In this document: one piece after another, positions 1 through 9,847 of the stretch
How positions within the stretch are numbered: position 1 is the first letter of the stretch
Layout of the letters: each line of letters begins with the position of its first letter
Assembly: GCA_965198005.1 (NCBI GenBank)
Contig: CBDAOI010000002.1
Coordinates: 736,001 to 800,000 of the forward strand
Length of the DNA stretch: 64,000 bases
Direction: 5' to 3'
Source of the DNA: Spirochaetia bacterium
GTDB lineage: Bacteria > Spirochaetota > Spirochaetia > SZUA-6 > Bin103
The notes under the pieces: model-generated
Database searches by the model: none
What the model was told of the DNA's origin: nothing
Seen by the model: only the letters and a program-made list of their open reading frames with translations
Made by a program: the position numbers and the translations under genes

Positions 1-601
1 CTTCTCGTTTCTGCTGGTGGCCAAACCGGAGGATCACACCAGCCTGTACCAGGATATCGACGGGCTGCGCCGCGGTCGGCTGCTGGACCACCACTGCACG
101 ATCGACGCGACCGGGGACCGGCATGAATACGAGTGGGTTACCGGGGTGCCGCTGAACGGCAACCCCCGCAGTCCCAAGATCAACTTCGTGTACTACCGCA
201 TCGTACGTGCCGGCACGACCACCTATCAAAACGCCTGGGTGACCGACTTGGTGCCCAGCGCTGGCAGCGTAGCGCGGATCGTGCGTGCGGGACGAGCACG
301 CTGGAAGATCGAGAACGAGGGGTTCAATACGCTGAAGAACCAGGGCTACCACCTGGAGCACAACTTCGGCCACGGTGACAAGTACTTGTCGGAGGCGTTC
401 TTCGTGCTCAATCTGCTGGCCTATTTCATGCACCAGATATTCGAGCTGGTGGACGGTCTGTATCAGCAGGTGCGGGCTGGGTTCGGGTCGCGCCGGGAGT
501 TCTGGGGCGCGGTCCGCGCCACGTTTCGGCTATTCCTGTTCCCGTCGTGGGACCAGGTGCTGGTGCGGATGAACTCGCCGCCGCAGCCGCTGCCCGTGTA
601 G
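1..601 (+). CDS. DDE transposase (ISNCY-like), 5'-truncated by window edge
   Basis: RARWKIENEGFNTLKNQGYHLEHNFGHG motif; near-identical to 31845-32450 on the minus strand. Confidence 0.9.
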   Translation, partial: FSFLLVAKPEDHTSLYQDIDGLRRGRLLDHHCTIDATGDRHEYEWVTGVPLNGNPRSPKINFVYYRIVRAGTTTYQNAWVTDLVPSAGSVARIVRAGRARWKIENEGFNTLKNQGYHLEHNFGHGDKYLSEAFFVLNLLAYFMHQIFELVDGLYQQVRAGFGSRREFWGAVRATFRLFLFPSWDQVLVRMNSPPQPLPV

Positions 602-1160
602 CGCTGAACGTTATCATCCCTGATTAGTGCCTGCGTCGGACCGGGTACCGCGCATACCGCGTCCGGGTAACCGCGCCGGGAGACTTGGCCGGGGGGCTGG
701 TGTGCTCCCTGCGCCGCCAGCAGGCGCTTGGTGCACGGCTCCACCCTGGGCTCCGGTGTGGGTCAGCCGGCGCGCCCTGCCAGCTGAGCACACGACGCTG
801 CCTGTGCCGGGTCGCCCACCGCCACCTCCGACCCCTCGCAGGGCAATCGACTGAACTATTCTTGGGGATGAAGGGACGCGGGCAGTGTTCGGTATTTTAT
901 GACAGAGTAAGCAGATAGCTCTACGGAAGGGGGCGCGAGGGAAGCAGATGCCGAACGGGTCCCATCCACGTCACCGAATTTAGGTTTGACAACCGCCGGA
1001 ATAAGCCTTCCAATACTCATTGTGCTGTTAGTCTCGGTGAGTGGCTGGCCGCGGAGCGGAGCGAGGCATGAGGCGATCGTGTGGGAGAGTTCCCACCGGC
1101 TGGCGGGGGCACCTGAATGCCCGCTTGACTGTTTGCCGCGCGTGCGGCAGACTGCGTTCT

Positions 1161-1225
1161 CATGGGCACCGTGATGCGTGACGACACGTCCCAGCGCTCC
1201 CACCGGTTAGCGGTAACGCAGCCGG
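1161..1225 (+). promoter_or_regulatory. Conserved upstream motif of SBP loci, copy 1
   Basis: GATGCGTGACGACACGTCCCAGCGCT...CCGGTTAGCGGTAACGCAGCCGG is similar to minus-strand copies near 26310-26378, 31300-31366 and 43741-43800. Confidence 0.6.
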
Positions 1226-1250
1226 TGCATCCTGCCACCACCACTACCCG

Positions 1251-1267
1251 TTCACCGAGAACTGCTG
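1251..1267 (-). mobile_element. Terminal inverted repeat of the ISNCY-like element
   Basis: Reverse complement CAGCAGTTCTCGGTGAA has one mismatch to the TIR at 31436-31452. Confidence 0.7.
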
Positions 1268-1599
1268 CCCAGCGGGCGGTCGCGGTTGACGGAGCTGGCC
1301 CGGCGGTGGGCTCACCGCTCACCGACCCGCGCGACAGCCGTTCGCTCGGTGCCGGTGCTGAGCGCGGCACCACCGATCCGCGTGGCACACACTCGCCACG
1401 CGTCCGCGCATCGAACGGGCGACCCGTTCGCCCGCAAACTCATACCAGTCCACACGTGCATGCGCAGCGACGTTGCCGGAGCGAGAAGGGGCACGCGTGT
1501 GCGCGACCAAACTCGTAGGCCACAGATGCGCGCTAACCCGTGGCAGCGGCTCGGCGATCGCCGGGCCACCATTCTGTCAGAGGAACCTGTAGCTCAAGA

Positions 1600-1793
1600 G
1601 AGGAGGTGGAAAATGATACTCAAAGAACCGCACGCGCGCGCGGTGTGAGCCCGGCCGAACCCGGTGAGTCACACGCCGCGCGCTTTCAGTGTAATTGACT
1701 CAGGCTGGCTGTCCGCGTTGCGGGCGTCAGAGTAGCCGGGGAGCGACAACTCGCTCCGCAATACTCTGGAGATAACATTTTAAGGAAGACACG
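1600..1793 (+). promoter_or_regulatory. Structured 5' leader, family A, with uORF MILKEPHARAV (1613-1648)
   Basis: AGGAGG SD, 11-codon uORF and several stems; homologous to 43206-43400 (-). Confidence 0.75.
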
Positions 1794-3572
1794 ATGAAAA
1801 ACTTTTTGACAATGACCTTCGCGGTTGTGTTGGTCCTGGTGGTGACCGCAACCGGCCTCTGGGCCGCTGGCGCGGAAGAGGAGCCGGCAGCGGCGATGGA
1901 GACGGAAATGGTGGAGGAAGCTGGACCGCAATACGGTGGGACGATTACCATGATGGACGCATATCTCGGGCGCTTCCCGCCTACAGAGTGGGACCCAGCT
2001 AAGTTTGTCTGGCCGTTAATGGTCTATGTTGAACATTTCGAGCAGCTTCTTGGTGGAGACTGGCAGAATAGGGGGCCACGTGGCACCAATGAGTGGCCGT
2101 TCAATATACGTTCAGGTCCTCCTAATGATTTTCTATCACCTGTTTTAGCTGAAAGCTGGACTACGCCCGATGACACAACCGTTATTTTCAAAATACGTCG
2201 GGGAGTCATGTGGCATGAAGCGCCGGGAGTAATGGCATCAAGGGAGCTGACAGCGGAGGATGTAGCTTATCACTGGACTCGTACTCTAGCGTCAGACAAG
2301 GCCTGGAGCATATATGGTGCAGTTGAGTCGGTAACCGCCACGGATGAGTACACGGTTGAATTCAAGTTGGCCTCTTACACGCCTGATTGGATGCTTCTTA
2401 TAGGAAGGGGCCATTTACCGACGTGGATCGCGAGTCCTCCAGAGCTGGTGGAGGCGGGACCAAGTGACTGGAGGAACCATCGTGGGGTAGGGACAGGCCC
2501 GTTTTTGCTCGATGACTTCGTGGAAGGCACCTCGGTAAGTTACGTAAGGAACGACAATTACTGGCAAACTGAAACCATCGATGGCAAGGAATACGAGATT
2601 CCGTTCATCGACCGCCTGGTTAAAATTCTAAATCCGGATAGAGCTGCCCAGATCGCTGCGTTACGAACAGGGAGGCTGGACCAACTTAATGCAGTTGGCG
2701 CGCAGTACGTCCAGTCGCTACAAGATACAAATCCCGAAATAAAGTTTATTGGGAGACCAGCAGGCGGGTCCTACTTAGTAGGCATGAGGCTAGATACGGC
2801 GCCCTTTGACGATCCGAAGGTGCGGAAAGCAATGAGCATGGCTATAGATCGACAAGGCTTTATTGCCAATATATGGGGTGGTGCGGGAGAGATTTTAAAC
2901 TTTCCGGCACCTGCGAACCTGCCAGAGACTGTCTATACTCCTCTGGAGAAGCTACCGGAATCAATTAGGGGGCAGCTTGAATATAACCCCGAGCGTGCGA
3001 GGCAACTATTAGCCGAGGCGGGACTCGCGGACGGTTTCGAGGCGACTCTGCAAGGATATGCAATAGAGCCTTGGGAAGATATAGCTTCGTTACTGGTAGC
3101 TTTCTGGGCTGATATCGGAGTCGACGTTTCAATCGATTTGATTGAGAAGACTACTATGGATGCCATGTTTACAGCCAAGGAGCATGGGCCGCTTTCAATG
3201 TTTACCGTTGGAGGAGGTGTTGATGCGCTTGGTGTAATACAGGGACGATACATCGAGCCCCTGATATATAATACACCAATGTTTGAGCATCACCCTGAAT
3301 ACGCTGAATTTAGAGAGCGATGGCAGCAGGCATACGATAAAAGGGACCTGGTTGAAAAGTACAAGCTAACCAAGCAGTTGAACCAGGAGGCCTTATCGAC
3401 TGTCGCTTTCGCCCTTTTGCCAACTCCATATGTATACCTAGGTATCTGGCCATGGGTGGAGAACCACCACGGCGAACTCGCTCCAGCGGCGGGGACGGGT
3501 GGTGTAGGCCCGGTTATGGCTCGTGTCTGGATCAACAGCGCCTTGAAGCAACAATTGGTGGGAGGTCAATAG
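1794..3572 (+). CDS. ABC transporter substrate-binding protein, family 5
   Basis: Signal peptide, PQYGG, LAESW, GTGPF, PFDDPKVRKAMSMAIDR, YNPERARQLL. Confidence 0.95.
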   Translation: MKNFLTMTFAVVLVLVVTATGLWAAGAEEEPAAAMETEMVEEAGPQYGGTITMMDAYLGRFPPTEWDPAKFVWPLMVYVEHFEQLLGGDWQNRGPRGTNEWPFNIRSGPPNDFLSPVLAESWTTPDDTTVIFKIRRGVMWHEAPGVMASRELTAEDVAYHWTRTLASDKAWSIYGAVESVTATDEYTVEFKLASYTPDWMLLIGRGHLPTWIASPPELVEAGPSDWRNHRGVGTGPFLLDDFVEGTSVSYVRNDNYWQTETIDGKEYEIPFIDRLVKILNPDRAAQIAALRTGRLDQLNAVGAQYVQSLQDTNPEIKFIGRPAGGSYLVGMRLDTAPFDDPKVRKAMSMAIDRQGFIANIWGGAGEILNFPAPANLPETVYTPLEKLPESIRGQLEYNPERARQLLAEAGLADGFEATLQGYAIEPWEDIASLLVAFWADIGVDVSIDLIEKTTMDAMFTAKEHGPLSMFTVGGGVDALGVIQGRYIEPLIYNTPMFEHHPEYAEFRERWQQAYDKRDLVEKYKLTKQLNQEALSTVAFALLPTPYVYLGIWPWVENHHGELAPAAGTGGVGPVMARVWINSALKQQLVGGQ

Positions 3573-3668
3573 GCAATAGGGAAATAGAGAAATAGTGTGA
3601 GTTAATTCTTCTCTGACAGACGGGGGTGAGGGTAGCTTCTCTCTCCCCCGTATTTTTGGTAGAGAGGG

Positions 3669-4658
3669 ATGCAAGCCTACATAATCAGAAGATTACTCCT
3701 GATTATACCCACTATACTCGTAGCGAGTCTAATAGTGTTCTTCCTTCTTCGCTTTATTCCCGGCGATGTAGTGACCAAGATGGTGGCTTCGCATCCGGTG
3801 GTTGGGGAAGCATTGGACGAGGCGGCTTTACGACAAAGCCTGGGACTGGATGTGCCAATCCCAGTCCAATACGGACGCTGGATAGGAGTTATTCGGGACC
3901 GTCAAGGCTCATTTTCTGGACTTTTACAAGGCAGCCTTGGATCATCCCTATGGCGCCAGCAACCTGTGATTGAGATAATACTCAATAGATGGCCAGTAAC
4001 CTTTGAGCTTTCTATCTTAGGTATGACAATAGCCCTACTAGTAGCCCTACCTATAGGTATCTACTCAGCGATGCGGCCGGACACCATTGGCGACTACATC
4101 GCGCGCAGCTTTGCTATTCTCGCTATCGCTGTACCCGTCTTCTGGCTAGGGACGCTGGTAGTAGTCGTCCCCTCGATTTGGTGGGGTTGGTCTCCGCCGC
4201 TAGAGTTTATCAAGTTCACTGATGACCCGCTGGGAAACCTGGGGCAGTTCATCATTCCGGCTAGTGTCTTGGGCCTGAATATGGCGGGGGCGGTCATGAG
4301 GATGACGCGAACCATGACGCTGGAGGTGCTAAGGCAAGATTACGTAAGGACAGCCTGGGCAAAGGGACTCAAGGAGAGGATGGTAATCCTCCGGCATACT
4401 CTCAAAAACGCCCTAATTCCGGTGGTCACCGTAACGGGAGTTGTGTTTCCTACGGTGGTTGGGGGTTCAGTTGTCACAGAGACGATATTCGGCATGCCCG
4501 GCATAGGTACTTTACTGCTACTGGCCATCAACGATAGAGACTATCCCATAATCTCCGGAGTAATGTTGTTAGTGGCTGGCATTATGGTGCTGACCAATCT
4601 AGTTATTGACCTGTCCTACGGCTTTCTTGACCCCAGGGTTCGGGGTTCGTATGAGTGA
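3669..4658 (+). CDS. dppB: ABC permease DppB/OppB-like
   Basis: YIIRRLL start, PGD, EAA-like DYVRTAWAKGL, LDPR end. Confidence 0.92.
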   Translation: MQAYIIRRLLLIIPTILVASLIVFFLLRFIPGDVVTKMVASHPVVGEALDEAALRQSLGLDVPIPVQYGRWIGVIRDRQGSFSGLLQGSLGSSLWRQQPVIEIILNRWPVTFELSILGMTIALLVALPIGIYSAMRPDTIGDYIARSFAILAIAVPVFWLGTLVVVVPSIWWGWSPPLEFIKFTDDPLGNLGQFIIPASVLGLNMAGAVMRMTRTMTLEVLRQDYVRTAWAKGLKERMVILRHTLKNALIPVVTVTGVVFPTVVGGSVVTETIFGMPGIGTLLLLAINDRDYPIISGVMLLVAGIMVLTNLVIDLSYGFLDPRVRGSYE

Positions 4659-5610
4659 GTTAAATAGGCACTCCCCGTTTCTTATCAGGCTGGCCAAGCA
4701 GAAACCACTGGGTCTTATCAGTGGGATCATAGTGCTTCTCTTTCTTTTTACTGGGATTTTTGCCGATTGGCTGGCTCCTTACGGAATGAACGAAATTCAC
4801 CTTAGTGATGGCCTGCATCCACCATCAACCGAGTATTTCCTCGGTACGGATAACCTGGGGCGGGACATGTTAAGTCGTGTTATCTTTGGGGCTCGTATCT
4901 CGATGATTGTAGGTTTAGCTGCTGGCGCTATAGCTGTACTTATAGCCTTATTGATAGGTGTTCCTTCCGGGTTTATCGGCGGTAAGTTTGATATTGCGGT
5001 GCAGCGGTTCGTTGATGGCTGGATTTCCTTTCCCTCGTTAGTCATTTTCTTAGCCGTTGTCTCTATCGTGGGGGCAGGTATGTTGCAGCTGATTATCGCT
5101 ATAGGGGTGGGACTAGGTATCCTTACTTCAAGGATAATGAGAAGCGCCGTTATCGGCGTTAAGGAGAATATTTATTTTTCGGCGGCGAAGGCGATTGGCA
5201 GTCCACGTAGAAGAATACTCTGGCGGAATGTTCTGCCCAATATTATGGCTCCCGCACTCATCGTATTTTCGACACAGGTGCCCTCTGCAATATTAACTGA
5301 AGCCGGCCTCAGCTTCCTTGGTTTTGGCATCCCCCCACCGCAGCCTAGCTGGGGAGGTATGCTCAGTGGCTCTGGACGCTCTTATATGTTCCTAGCTCCT
5401 TGGATGGCCATATGGCCTGGTCTTGCTATCACTATTGTAGTCTACGGCATCAATATGTTTGGCGATGCGGTCAGAGACCTCTTGGACCCGAAGCTGAGGG
5501 GTGGTCTCGGGGGATATTCCGGAACAACGAGAAAAGCATCCAAGCGTTTGAAAAAGGCCGTACAAACAGGGAAACCGTCCGCGAATCTACGTGGGATACA
5601 ACAACGGTGA
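4651..5610 (+). CDS. dppC: ABC permease DppC/OppC-like
   Basis: [45 protein letters not shown] at 4651 overlaps the dppB stop. Confidence 0.92.
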   Translation: MSELNRHSPFLIRLAKQKPLGLISGIIVLLFLFTGIFADWLAPYGMNEIHLSDGLHPPSTEYFLGTDNLGRDMLSRVIFGARISMIVGLAAGAIAVLIALLIGVPSGFIGGKFDIAVQRFVDGWISFPSLVIFLAVVSIVGAGMLQLIIAIGVGLGILTSRIMRSAVIGVKENIYFSAAKAIGSPRRRILWRNVLPNIMAPALIVFSTQVPSAILTEAGLSFLGFGIPPPQPSWGGMLSGSGRSYMFLAPWMAIWPGLAITIVVYGINMFGDAVRDLLDPKLRGGLGGYSGTTRKASKRLKKAVQTGKPSANLRGIQQR

Positions 5611-5643
5611 CACTGATCGATCGGTGCGCAAGTGAGGAGTGCG

Positions 5644-6471
5644 ATGGGAAGGCTTCAGGACCAGGTAGCAATAGTGACGGGCGGCGGCAGAGGCATTGGT
5701 CGTGAGATCTGCGGAGCGTTTGCAGCCGAGGGTGCTCTGGTCGCCGTAGTCGCGCGAACCGAGGATCAGGTCTCGGAGACCGTCCGCAGAGTCGTTGATG
5801 ACGGTGGCTGGGCAATCGGCGTCGGGGCCGATGTCACTGACCTTGCGGCGGTAGAGGCCATGGTCGAGCGCGTCGAGTCAGAGCTCGGGCCGGTGGCACT
5901 CCTCGTGAACAACGCCGGGAGCAACAGTGTTCCTGGCCCCCTGGCCGAGGCCGATCCAATCGCATGGTGGCGCGATGTATCGATCAACCTCCTGGGTCCC
6001 TTTCACACTTGCCGTACGGTGCTGCCGAGAATGCTGGAGAGAGGCGAGGGTCGGATCATCAACATGACCGGGGCCGGTAGAGATACGCCGAGGGCATACC
6101 TTTCGGCCTACGGAAGCTCCAAGGCAGCTGTGGTGCGCCTTACCGAGACCTTGGACCGTGAACTTGGAGAATCGGGCGTGAGAGCCTTTTCCATGAGCCC
6201 AGGGCTCGTTCGAACCGCGATGAACGAAGCGCTCATCACAGGCGGAGCCATGAAGCGATGGTTCCCGGATATGCTCGACAGTTTCGATCATGGACGGGAC
6301 GTGTCGCCGACGATGGCTGGCGCTCTCGCCATGGAGATCGCCTCGGGGAGGCTGGACGAGCTCCGCGGCAGGTTGTTCGACGTCACCGACAATCTGGAGG
6401 AGGTGCTTGCTCAAAAGGACCGTATCCTCGCCGAAGACTTGAAGACGCTGAGGATCAGGAACCTTACGTAG
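5644..6471 (+). CDS. Short-chain dehydrogenase/reductase
   Basis: TGGGRGIG, NNAG, YGSSK. Confidence 0.92.
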   Translation: MGRLQDQVAIVTGGGRGIGREICGAFAAEGALVAVVARTEDQVSETVRRVVDDGGWAIGVGADVTDLAAVEAMVERVESELGPVALLVNNAGSNSVPGPLAEADPIAWWRDVSINLLGPFHTCRTVLPRMLERGEGRIINMTGAGRDTPRAYLSAYGSSKAAVVRLTETLDRELGESGVRAFSMSPGLVRTAMNEALITGGAMKRWFPDMLDSFDHGRDVSPTMAGALAMEIASGRLDELRGRLFDVTDNLEEVLAQKDRILAEDLKTLRIRNLT

Positions 6472-6702
6472 ACCCAGTCGTCCGCCAGCGGCATCGCCAA
6501 GGTTCCTGGTCGCGCCGCTTCGCCGACGGTCTGCAACCGAGCAGCGTGGCGCAGGGACTGTCCGGCTGGGGTAGCCGCCGGACAAATCAGCTTGGTCAGC
6601 TGCAGTCCTAGCGACGTCCGAGTCGTTGACAGGATGGCCGCGTCCATAGTAAGCTTGCGTCGCGTGGAACAGCGCTCTCGAAAATGCTCACCAAGGAGCT
6701 CT

Positions 6703-6984
6703 ATGAGATTACTCAAGACGGGCCTCGCAGTACTCTGTGGACTCGCCCTCACGGCAACCGGCCTCTGGGCCGGCGGAGCCGAGGAGGAGGAGCCAGCCGC
6801 CGCTGAGGAGGAAGTGGCGTCGGTCATGGAAGAGCTGACGCTTACCAAACTTGACGGCACCACGGTGACAGTGGAGGTGAAACCGGCGCAATATGGCGGC
6901 TCGCTTGCCGTGCGACAAGGCTGGGATAAGAACCCGGACCACATTGACCCGTCCCGCACGCGTGACAGTGATAGGGCAGCATGA
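6703..6984 (+). pseudogene. 5' stub of a family-5 SBP (signal peptide to just past PAQYGG)
   Basis: MRLLKTGLAVLCGLALTATGLWAGGAEEEE...PAQYGG, then an early stop. Confidence 0.8.
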
Positions 6985-7032
6985 AGTGCAATCTTCATGC
7001 TGCCTATGATATTATAGTGGAGGATACGACCT

Positions 7033-7674
7033 GTGGTTTATGACGTAAGGACGTACGATTTGAAATTTGGGCTGGCCGAGGAATATGGCGAACGTATCAA
7101 GGCTAACCTGCCCGGGAGGGAAAAGTTATCCCCGCTGGGCGGGTACTGGTACACCGAGATAGGGCCTCTGAACCAGGTTATAAACATCTGGCCGTACAAA
7201 GACGTGGACTCCTATGTAGACTTCCGTACCCGGTTCGATCCCGTTAAGGCGTGGGGGCCAATGCACGAATATGGCGTGAATATCGCCATCGTCGGTGGCC
7301 ATAACGAAGTCATGTTTCCAGCTCCATTCATGAAGCCTCTGGGAGAGCGCCGCATCGGTCCCATATACGATATGAGAATCGACACACACGCGCCGGGAGA
7401 TATACCGAAAACCCTGGAGGCGTGGGGCAAAGTTATCGACGAGAGAGAAAAACTCTCCCCGCTTGCCGGCTTCTGGCACTCAGATATAAATGGCCTCAAT
7501 GTACACCGTAGCGGCAGAATTATCCACCTCTGGGCGTACAAGACCTTCGAAGACAGGGCGAGAGTACTGGCAGAAAGCCACAAGAGCGGCTACTGGTTGC
7601 CCCCGGGCGCTGCGTTGCCGACCAAGTCGGAGAACCAAATCATGCTGCCTTATGACTTCTCTCCAATGCAGTAA
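7033..7674 (+). CDS. NIPSNAP family protein (tandem domains)
   Basis: YDVRTY..., GYWYTEIGPLNQVINIWPY, repeated second half; GGAGG SD. Confidence 0.88.
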   Translation: MVYDVRTYDLKFGLAEEYGERIKANLPGREKLSPLGGYWYTEIGPLNQVINIWPYKDVDSYVDFRTRFDPVKAWGPMHEYGVNIAIVGGHNEVMFPAPFMKPLGERRIGPIYDMRIDTHAPGDIPKTLEAWGKVIDEREKLSPLAGFWHSDINGLNVHRSGRIIHLWAYKTFEDRARVLAESHKSGYWLPPGAALPTKSENQIMLPYDFSPMQ

Positions 7675-7852
7675 TCTGAGGCTTCATTAGAGCATAACGA
7701 AGTCACGATACGGCTCGATTCGCGGCGTCGAGACCGTTCCCGTCCGTCGTCGAACTGGGTCAGCGCGATGGCACCGATCTGGAGTTGCTCCAGCGCATCG
7801 ACATGAGGCGCGCTTGGCTTGATATGGAAAATCTCAGTCATGGAGGTAACAG

Positions 7853-8821
7853 ATGTCAGGAGCACTCGAACAACGCCCCTTCGGCAACACCGGTGAGAAG
7901 GTCACCGTTATCGGTTTGGGAGGCGCTTTTCTCTACAAACACTCCTTTGAGCAAGGGGTAGAAACGGTCAAACATGCGTTGGAGCTAGGTGTCAACTATT
8001 TCGATACCTCTCCAGCGTACGGAAGACGGAGGGATGGCAAGTGGATCAGCAGGGGTGAATCGCAGTTAATCATGGGTGAGGGTCTTGACGGGAGTACGAA
8101 ACCGCATCTACTTGCGACCAAGCTACATAAGTGCCGCTCAGTAGAAGATTTCCGCGCCCAAATACAAGAGAACCTACATGCCCTGCGTCGTGATAGGGTC
8201 GATATACTCCAGGCGCACGACATCGAGCGGGCATACTTATGGAAGCCCGACCGCCAGAGTACTGACATGCTGAACCTTGATGAGGAGCTAGACTTCGAGA
8301 ACGCCCCGGTGATACAGGCGATGCGTGAAGCAAAGAAGCAAGGGCTCTGCAGTTTCATTGGTATCAGCTCACAGTGGTCCGAAATGATAGTCCACGTCCT
8401 AAAGCATGTAAGGCTAGACATGTGTCTCTCTGCCATGGAGTATTCGCTGTATAACCGACGTTCCCCGCATGTGGTGTTGCCGTTCATTCGTGAGCAGGGG
8501 GTTGCTTATGTCGTAGGAGGGATATTCGCCATACATCGTAGACATTTGCAGCCTTCCGCAGAAGATATTTGTGGATCGGCATTCTCCGATGAGCGCCTGC
8601 TCAAGTTGGCGGAGACGACGGGCATGTCGATCGCGACGTTGACGGTTCGTTTCTTGATAGCGAATCAGGAGGTTTCGACCATTCTGGTGGGTGCGTCCAC
8701 ACCCGAGGAGATCGAGGAAAGCGTCGTGGCCGCGCAGGCAGGTCCGCTACCGCCCGACCTTCATCAGACCCTTGAGGAAGTGGGATCGAATACCGGCTAC
8801 TATGATAGTCTCGTAGGATAA
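7853..8821 (+). CDS. Aldo/keto reductase
   Basis: IGLGG, GVNYFDTSPAYG, LATK, ILVGASTPEEIEE. Confidence 0.9.
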   Translation: MSGALEQRPFGNTGEKVTVIGLGGAFLYKHSFEQGVETVKHALELGVNYFDTSPAYGRRRDGKWISRGESQLIMGEGLDGSTKPHLLATKLHKCRSVEDFRAQIQENLHALRRDRVDILQAHDIERAYLWKPDRQSTDMLNLDEELDFENAPVIQAMREAKKQGLCSFIGISSQWSEMIVHVLKHVRLDMCLSAMEYSLYNRRSPHVVLPFIREQGVAYVVGGIFAIHRRHLQPSAEDICGSAFSDERLLKLAETTGMSIATLTVRFLIANQEVSTILVGASTPEEIEESVVAAQAGPLPPDLHQTLEEVGSNTGYYDSLVG

Positions 8822-8912
8822 TAACAAGTGTAACGAGATGGCCATAGACAACCAAATATCCATTGATGTATGTTAGTGACAAAATAATGAAGGGCAGCAG
8901 GAGAATAACATA

Positions 8913-9764
8913 ATGAAAGATTTTAGTGGAAAAGTGGCAGTGATAACGGGTGCTGGGCGCGGCATCGGGAGGGGTATTGCCTTGCGCTGCGCCAGCGAGG
9001 AGATGAGAGTCGTGCTGGTGGGCATCGGACTGGAGTCGCTGACCAGGACGAATGCCGACCTGCGAGACATGGGCGTGGAGACGCTGGTCGTGCAGGCGGA
9101 TGTTTCCAAGCTGGAGGATGTGGAGAGACTGGCACAGAAGACGGTTGAGGCGTTTGGTGAAGTCCACATGCTTGTCAACAACGCTGGGGTTGCTTCCAGG
9201 CCGGACACCTGGGATAGGAGCCTGGCTGATTGGGAATGGATAATGGGCGTGAATTTCTGGGGTGTGCTCTACGGGGTACGCACATTCATCCCCATCATGA
9301 TGAAACAGGAGACCGACTGTCACATCATTAATGTCTCGTCAGGTGCTGGACTTGCACCGGGAGGACGGAATACGCTCTATGCTGTTTCAAAGCACGGTGT
9401 AGTCGTCCTTTCGGAAGCGCTCTACTTTCAACTTGCCAAGCAAGCTCCTCATATCAAAGTGTCGGTCTATTGTCCTATGTGGGTCAGTAGCGAGCTAGAT
9501 GATACTGTTGAGCGTAACCGCCCTAGTGACCAGCCGCCCCCTCCACTAACTCCAGAAGCGAAAGCAGAGTGGCGGACGTCACTCGCCACGGGTATATCTA
9601 TCGAGGAATCGGCAGATATTCTCTTTAAGGGTATTGTGGAAGACAAGTTGTACATCGGGCCAAAAGGATTCCCCGCCAGTGCCGACCCGGAATCTTTGAT
9701 ATCGGCGATACGAACAAGGGCGGAGAACATTATCAACGAGCGCAACCCGGAACTGCCGTCCTGA
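8913..9764 (+). CDS. Short-chain dehydrogenase/reductase
   Basis: TGAGRGIG, NNAG, YAVSK. Confidence 0.93.
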   Translation: MKDFSGKVAVITGAGRGIGRGIALRCASEEMRVVLVGIGLESLTRTNADLRDMGVETLVVQADVSKLEDVERLAQKTVEAFGEVHMLVNNAGVASRPDTWDRSLADWEWIMGVNFWGVLYGVRTFIPIMMKQETDCHIINVSSGAGLAPGGRNTLYAVSKHGVVVLSEALYFQLAKQAPHIKVSVYCPMWVSSELDDTVERNRPSDQPPPPLTPEAKAEWRTSLATGISIEESADILFKGIVEDKLYIGPKGFPASADPESLISAIRTRAENIINERNPELPS

Positions 9765-9847
9765 TGCGTAAGGACAATATTCAGGGGCGTATGACCATGC
9801 TGGTCACCGAACACCCCAAAAACACAGCCAAACGTGGAGGTAACACT

